A stretch of 63,856 nt of DNA, filler included. It is 14 parts of 14 records of this genome, joined end to end, with 100 filler letters (N's around TTAATTAATTAA, not from the genome) between each part and the next. Parts side by side here need not be neighbours in the genome. Positions count along the whole stretch, not along the records: positions 55,112 to 60,575 come from SRR15195285_941; positions 60,676 to 63,856 come from SRR15195285_962; 12 more parts are not named here. One strand, 5' to 3'. Shown in pieces: positions 58,101 to 63,856 of the stretch (the stretch's first letter is position 1; each line of letters starts with the position of its first letter). Position numbers and translations under genes: made by a program. The notes under the pieces are model-generated. The model saw nothing but the letters and a program-made list of their open reading frames with translations. It searched no databases and was not told the DNA's origin.

Positions 58101-60575
58101 TACATCTTGGGATGCAAGCAGTATCGTTGTGCTTCATTTTTCTAATTGTCTGTCTGTTTCGTGGATGTTTCCTGTCTGGCTGGAACACAACGTTCACAGT
58201 TGAGGGTGAGGCAGCTTCACCCGTCATTCCTGCTCATTGTGCGACCATACCATGTCTTTATTTTTTTTGTTCCGGTGGCGTTTGTAGATGCTACATACTT
58301 TCGCGGCGGGGCCTCAGTGGTGAGTTTCGCGTAATTTTGTGGTTGGAAGTGGTGCATTTGTGCGCAACCAGTCTTAACGCGTGGGCTTGCCACGCGAATA
58401 GGACGATGGTATCAATGTTGTGGCAGCAGGAGCCAACGTGTTGGAGGGTGTCACTGTGACAGGTGGAGCAATAGTCCACGGCGGTCTGACAGCTGGCGCA
58501 GATGTTCACGTGGTAAGTCATTTGCCGGAACGTGTCTTGGTTAACAAGCAACTTGGCCTTCCATCGGATCCGAGCAGGAATTACATCTGGGGAATTTATG
58601 GTGGCTGCCTTGATACCCACCCTTGCCTCACCGGCACAACCGGAGCCTACGATCGCAACGGCACAGAGCGTTTCTCCATTTCAGATCACGGTGCTAGCTT
58701 TCATGCGGGTGGATTCAGTGTTCGTGGCGGCGTTCTAGTCAACGGCGGTGGTGTTAGAGTTGGTGATGGTCTCCGAGTCTCTAGGTCAGCATCTGTGAGT
58801 GGTGCAGCCATCGTCATCGGTGGCGCAGACATTTCAGACGGATTGACAGTCCTCAACGGCAGCATTCGTGTAGCTACACACGACGTTGTATTGTACGGGT
58901 CTGCATTAGTTGGGCAGAGCTTGCGCGTCGCTGGGCTTGGGGTTAGTGCTACTGGCCGGATTGCGGTTCAGTCAGGCGGGGTAGCAGTTGGTCTAGACGG
59001 TGTCTCTGTAACTGGTGGAGCACAAGTCTCAGGCGCAGCAGATGTGTTCAGCCCTGTCACCATTTCTGACAGCGTCAAGGTCTCAGGAAGTGTCATGCTA
59101 ACAGACGGGAACCTACTGGTTGCTTCGGGCGGCGTTGAAGTTCGATGCGGTGCGAGCTCGCTACACACCCAAGGTGCTGTGGCCCAGGGTGCGACCTTGG
59201 GCGGTCGAGTGGAAATTGCTGGCTCGTTGAGCGCGTTGCAAGGCGCGGTAGTGCACGGAGGCGTATCTGTTGTGCGTGACGGCATCCTAACAAATGCTGG
59301 TGTGCGGATTCGTGGAGGTCTGTCTACAGCAGGTGGTTTGTCGCTCCTTGATGCGGGCTTAAGTGCCTCTGGACACGTGCACGTGCCTGCCGACGGAGCT
59401 TCTATTGCTGGAGGCGTACGTGTGCATAACGGTGCGCAGATGCATGGAAGCATGCTGCTCGAGCACATGGTTGCGTCGAGTGGTATGCTGGTCAAAGCTC
59501 GGGGCATCGCTGTTATGGACGGAACAGTAGGGCTGAACGAGGAAGCCGCGGAGGCGTCCCTTGATGCGACTGCTGTGCCCGAAATTGGCCACATAGATTT
59601 TACTGGGCGTGGCTCTGCAGCATTTACTGTGATGGGAGCGTACAGTGAAGACGTGGAACGTGACTTCGTTGTAGTAGTCACGAACGCCGTGCATGTCTGC
59701 GACGACACGTGCGCGGCCCACACAGCCTTCTCGTGTCACAATGATCACCTGTGCGAGCCTACTGGTGACCTGGTGGCTCCGTGCGTTGCGAAAAATGCAT
59801 CCTGCACAGCTGTCACAGACTTGCCCACAGATGCAAACCAGGCGCGGGTACTGTGTGAGCACAACCATGCATGTGAGTACAAGGCTCAAACTTTCGAGTG
59901 GAGTAGTTGCATCAGTAACGTAGTACCTACGGCCTGCAGCGCTGGAGCTGCAAGTTTTTCTTCGAGAATGCCGGCCTATGTCGATCACGGACTATCTGTC
60001 TTGTTTGACTATACCGACGGTGTGAGTATCAACGGGTGTCGCGATGCTCATGATGCCATCTTGCCGGACAAAACAAGCCGCATCTCATGCGAAAGTGCCC
60101 CGACTGGTTTCACCTGGGATGCAGGTGTGTGCTCTAAAGCGGACGCTGATCAGAGTTCGTGCGAAAGTATCGGGGCAACATGGGCAGGTGGGTTGTGTAT
60201 CAAGGAAGCAGATGACCAAGGTTCTTGCGAAATCGAGGAGACGGGCAACGCATGGATGCCTGATTCGTGGGCTTTTCACGTGGCACCGTCGCTGCTACTG
60301 GCTGCAAGGAGTGCCATTGGAGCTAGATCAACTGTCGTTGCGCCTGGCGGGTCTATTACTTCTAGTGGTGGAGCTTCGTTTGCAGACGGGGCTGCAATTG
60401 CTACCGGGACGTTGCATGTACTTGGTGACGGCATCAGCGTGGCGAGTGGTGGCGCCAATGTTGCTGATGGCGCTACGCTGGATTCTGGCATGCTGTGGCT
60501 GCGCGATGGGGGTGCCGAGGTGCGTGGCGGGGCTACGCTTAGTGGGGGTGTGACGGTGAAGAACGAAGGACTGAC
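55112..60575 (+). CDS. Internal fragment of a very large Gly/Val-rich beta-repeat (fibre-like) protein, multi-exon
   Basis: Long runs of GGxxVxGG repeats across ORFs 55116, 55844, 56502, 56905 and 58420, joined by GT-AG introns (e.g. 55729-55844, 56193-56286, 56323-56467, 56812-56950). Open at both contig ends. Confidence 0.75.
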
Positions 60576-60675
60576 NNNNNNNNNNNNNNNNNNNNNNNNN
60601 NNNNNNNNNNNNNNNNNNNTTAATTAATTAANNNNNNNNNNNNNNNNNNNNNNNNNNNNNNNNNNNNNNNNNNNN

Positions 60676-63654
60676 TGCGGCTGCGGCTGCGGCTGCGGCT
60701 GCGGCCGTAGCGCCTGGTACCTACGATTGGTTCGGCTGGTTTTGTCTCGTATCGGAGCGAGGGCGACCTTGAACGCGACCGTCTGGGCGACCTGCAGTAC
60801 ACATCTCGCTCAGATCAACATTCCTCAAAGGTTGTGGGGGGACACGTGTGTGGGTGTGATCATGTGCGTGTGAGTGGTCAGAAGACAAAGATGTTCAGGG
60901 GCTTACCTCGAGATGCCGTCGGCTTGCGAGGGTAGCGCCGCGCCCGACCGGTTTAATCGCTGACGAAGTTCCTCTGCACGGGCCTCCGGTATCGGTCCAT
61001 TCGCCAACGCGAGGACCTCCCTGCCCACACACGTGCGCCAGGATATTCACCTCAAACCATAAGTTTACAATTGTTTCTAATCACTCTGAATTCACATCCA
61101 AACCACAGACGTCTTGCAGCGGCCATGTACCTCCCGTTGTGGTCGCGAAGTAGCCGTGGAGACGAACTCGGAGACGGAGAGCGGGAGCTGCGGCGTCCTT
61201 GGCCTCGCCTGCCACGTGTGCTAGCTGTCACTCGTAGCGCGAGATCTTCGCGACGCCATTTTTCCTGCAGAAGCCTGCTGTACATCACCTGCTGTAAGCG
61301 TCTGTTCGAAACGAGAATGTGTTTTGCAAGCAACGTACCTATCGGCTGCTTGATCACTGTCCGAGGACCAAGACGATGCGTCTTCCTCCTCACTGTGGCC
61401 TACAGGATTTGATGACTGCTCGGTGGCACGAGCAGCAGCAAATCGCCGATGGTGACTAGACCTGCACAACCCAACGCCAAAATCAGTTTGTTTAGACTCT
61501 CGCTGATGGCTTACAACTTTAGCAGAAGCAACAGCCACGCGGGTAGGTAGTGGAGGCCTAATGAAGGACATTATGTGATGGGCACCTTAGTCGACGCGAT
61601 TGGCTCGTAGGGCGCTGGCGTGGGCCAAAGCCGCTACCGACCCCACCACCCACAGGAACAGCTGCCACTACTCGTCGGTTTGCCCGACGCTCAGCCTCAC
61701 GTTCTATCTCTTCCGTACGGTCCGCAAGTTCGTCCGCCACAGCGCTTGAGATCTCCTGTCGCCGCCGCCGTTCTTCGTAAGCCCAATTCTTCGTCTCCTC
61801 GAGCTTGAGCTGCAAGTCTTCTGCGTGCTCTTCCGCCAACCGGCGCTCGCGTTCAAGCTGGCGCATCCGACGCCGAGTCTGTGGCGAAGTTTTTATGCCT
61901 GGTCTGTACTGGTTCTGAAGCCTTGCGTAGTCGCGTCGCCTCGCTCGCCGTAGTAGTCTTCTCACCAGTCGCTCCCACCCGCTGGCTTGATGTCGAACAG
62001 CACGGGAGCCCGCGAGCTTGTGCTGAAGGGCAGTCTCCTGAAGGGCATCCACCCACAGCTGCTTCTGGCTGATACTCTTTGCGACGATTGCTAGCTGCTC
62101 TCCACTAGAGGTAATCACTGTGAACCCCAACGGGTTTGCTGCCGAGCTGTCTGGGCGCACGCTCACCACCGTGTGCGTTTGGTGTTCGTGTGGGTCAATT
62201 CCTGGACACCAGTGCTTCTTTTCGTGCACTGAGAGCCGCCCTGCTTCGAGCGAGAACTCACGGTGATGGCGATGCTGTCCGTCCTCGTGGCGCAGCTTCA
62301 TCATCGTGGGGTCCAAGCGTGGCCGCATATCCACGTCATCCTCCGCTCTGCCTGCGCTGCCTCGAGAGAAAGATCGCGGGGACAGCGCCGTCCTGGGCGT
62401 CGTCAATGAATCAAAATATGTTGGCGACCTAGAACGGCTTCTTCTACTGGGGTGCCGAGCTGACCCAGTTCCGGAGCTGCCCCGCCTACCCATCGATAGC
62501 GCATGATCCTGGAGCATCTGCTTCTTTGCCTCGCTGGATGTGGAGCGTGCAACGCCGCGGAGCACACCCGCGCCATGCGCGGCGCGGTCTTCGTTTCTGC
62601 GACGACCAGCACGACGTCCAGGGTGCGAACGAGACTGCTCTCCAGTTTCTCGGTTGACCCAGTAGCGCTTACCAGTACGGCTCGAGACAACTGCGGTCCA
62701 GTCTGGTGGGAGCTGCCAGCGACCACCATCTGAGTCGTCATCGCTGCTGCCGTCGTGCTCGGACTCATCCATGGAGGAGCTGGACGGCCAGGATTCCATC
62801 GAGTTCGCATCATCGTCATCATCAGAAAGTGTGTGCCCACCGCCGCCAGCGGCAAAACGCAGAGACTGCTTCCAGCGGCGAAGATCGCGCTGGTTTGGTG
62901 TAGAGATGCGCAGCTCCTCGCCAGTATACGTCGTCACGACCAGCACGCTCTGCTGCCCAACTCGCTCCTGCTCCACCTCTGCACCGTGCAGGTTCCAAAG
63001 ACGTGTGCTATTGAGCCTTAGTGGGTACGTCCCCTCGTATGCCGTGCCGTTTAGGGTCGACTTCGTCACTGGATGCCCAGCATAGCGCACGATATCCCCA
63101 GTGTCATTGAGTTTGACGAGCCAGGGATCAAAGGGCGCACTGGTAAGCTCACGCGCCAGCTCCTCAAGCGGTGCGTCATCGTCTTTCTTCGGGTCGCGTA
63201 CCAGCAGCAGCCCTTTCTCAGGCACTAGCTCGAGCTCGCGCGATTGCCACGAGGCCACCCAGCTGTTCTTGCAGTACTTATCCAGTGTCCCATACATTGG
63301 CGACGTGCGCACGTCATGTCGAGCAGTTGGCGACAACGGCTGCCCTTTGGGCCACCGGCCGGCAGCCTTGCTGTTCTTCGTGCTGTGCCGCGACGGGTTT
63401 GCCGAACAGCAAAAGGCACCCTTTGGCGGGTGCCGGGTGTCGGTAGCGCGGGGCGACCCAGATAAGAGGTTCAGCGATGACGGCGCTGGAGACAGTCCAG
63501 GACTCCTCGGCCGAGCATTAATCTGAGGCCGGGCTTGGATCAGCCCCACCGCAGCGCCATCACCCTGCCTCGCCACACCAGCGCGGCGCCCGGCGCCGCG
63601 CACAGGCCGCGGTGGCGCGTCCAGGCCCCGTTTTTCCGCGGCTATCGCCGCCAT
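60676..63654 (-). CDS. PH-WW-PH domain protein with coiled coil and RS-rich C-terminal exons; 3'-partial
   Basis: YGTLDK..SWQSREL..LRRWKQSL (PH), LPPDWTAVVSSRTGKRYWVNRETGEQSRSHP (WW), KQLWVDALQ (second PH), then a coiled coil; downstream RSPSP/SRSRSR exons. Start and exon boundaries approximate. Confidence 0.65.
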
Positions 63655-63830
63655 CCACGCTGCCAGCAAGACACTGCGGTGAACTACCCACCCAACCACC
63701 GCCACACAGCGCCCACGTCCGTCGGGGGGCCGCAGAAAGCAGCCAGCAGCAGCAGCGCCTGCCCTGCTGGTCAATCCTGCTCTGCGCGAGAGAGATACAG
63801 AGCGAGCTAGCTACAGAACGAGAGGAGGCC

Positions 63831-63856
63831 AGCAGCAGCAGCAGCAGCAGCAGCAG
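63831..63856 (+). repeat. (CAG)n microsatellite at the window end
   Basis: Pure AGC/CAG run. Similar simple repeats end other contigs (1-19, 35426-35451, 46246-46272, CTGTG at about 30626-30651, CTCTGG at about 26790-26813, TGCGGC at 60676-60705). Confidence 0.9.

Noticed and set aside
57519-59723. Minus-strand Pro/Thr-rich ORFs of 180 and 251 aa
   Set aside because: Antisense shadows of the Gly/Val-rich plus-strand gene.
3215-60675. Regularly recurring TTAATTAATTAA between N runs, resembling an array
   Set aside because: Artificial concatenation linker, not CRISPR or a biological repeat.
1-63856. Alternative genetic code, stop readthrough or non-canonical introns
   Set aside because: The interruptions I examined resolve with ordinary GT-AG introns under the standard code, and I noticed no repeated (introner-like) intron sequences.

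Overview
This window is not one locus. It is 14 unlinked contigs joined by artificial 100-nt spacers (N44-TTAATTAATTAA-N44). The DNA is from a GC-rich unicellular eukaryote with short GT-AG introns; I cannot assign the taxon. Many genes are split or missed by the ORF track. Genes I could reconstruct by hand: a Grp170/HYOU1-like Hsp70 (minus strand, mostly absent from the ORF track), a GH78-like glycosidase, a sialate O-acetylesterase, an EGF-containing multipass membrane protein, a penicillin-acylase-family (S45) amidase, a PAN-domain protein with an ATG27/CD-MPR-type tail, a two-HMG-box protein, a spermidine-synthase-like protein, LTV1, CTC1, a TRPM channel, a beta-helix plus ricin-lectin protein, an ankyrin protein ending in KGEL, an importin-alpha-like protein, an MFS transporter, a bacterial-type isochorismatase-family gene with introns, an SGNH hydrolase, a very large Gly/Val-rich fibre-like protein and a PH-WW-PH protein. 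The best novelty candidates are the intron-containing, virus-fibre-like repeat protein on a contig whose two ends are identical and in frame; the Grp170-like chaperone lacking its substrate-binding beta domain; LTV1 with an inserted EF-hand pair; the PAN/ATG27-tail receptor; and an iteron-like inverted-repeat element. I saw no rRNA, tRNA, CRISPR array or autonomous transposon. All family calls come from motif recognition by eye; no database searches were run.
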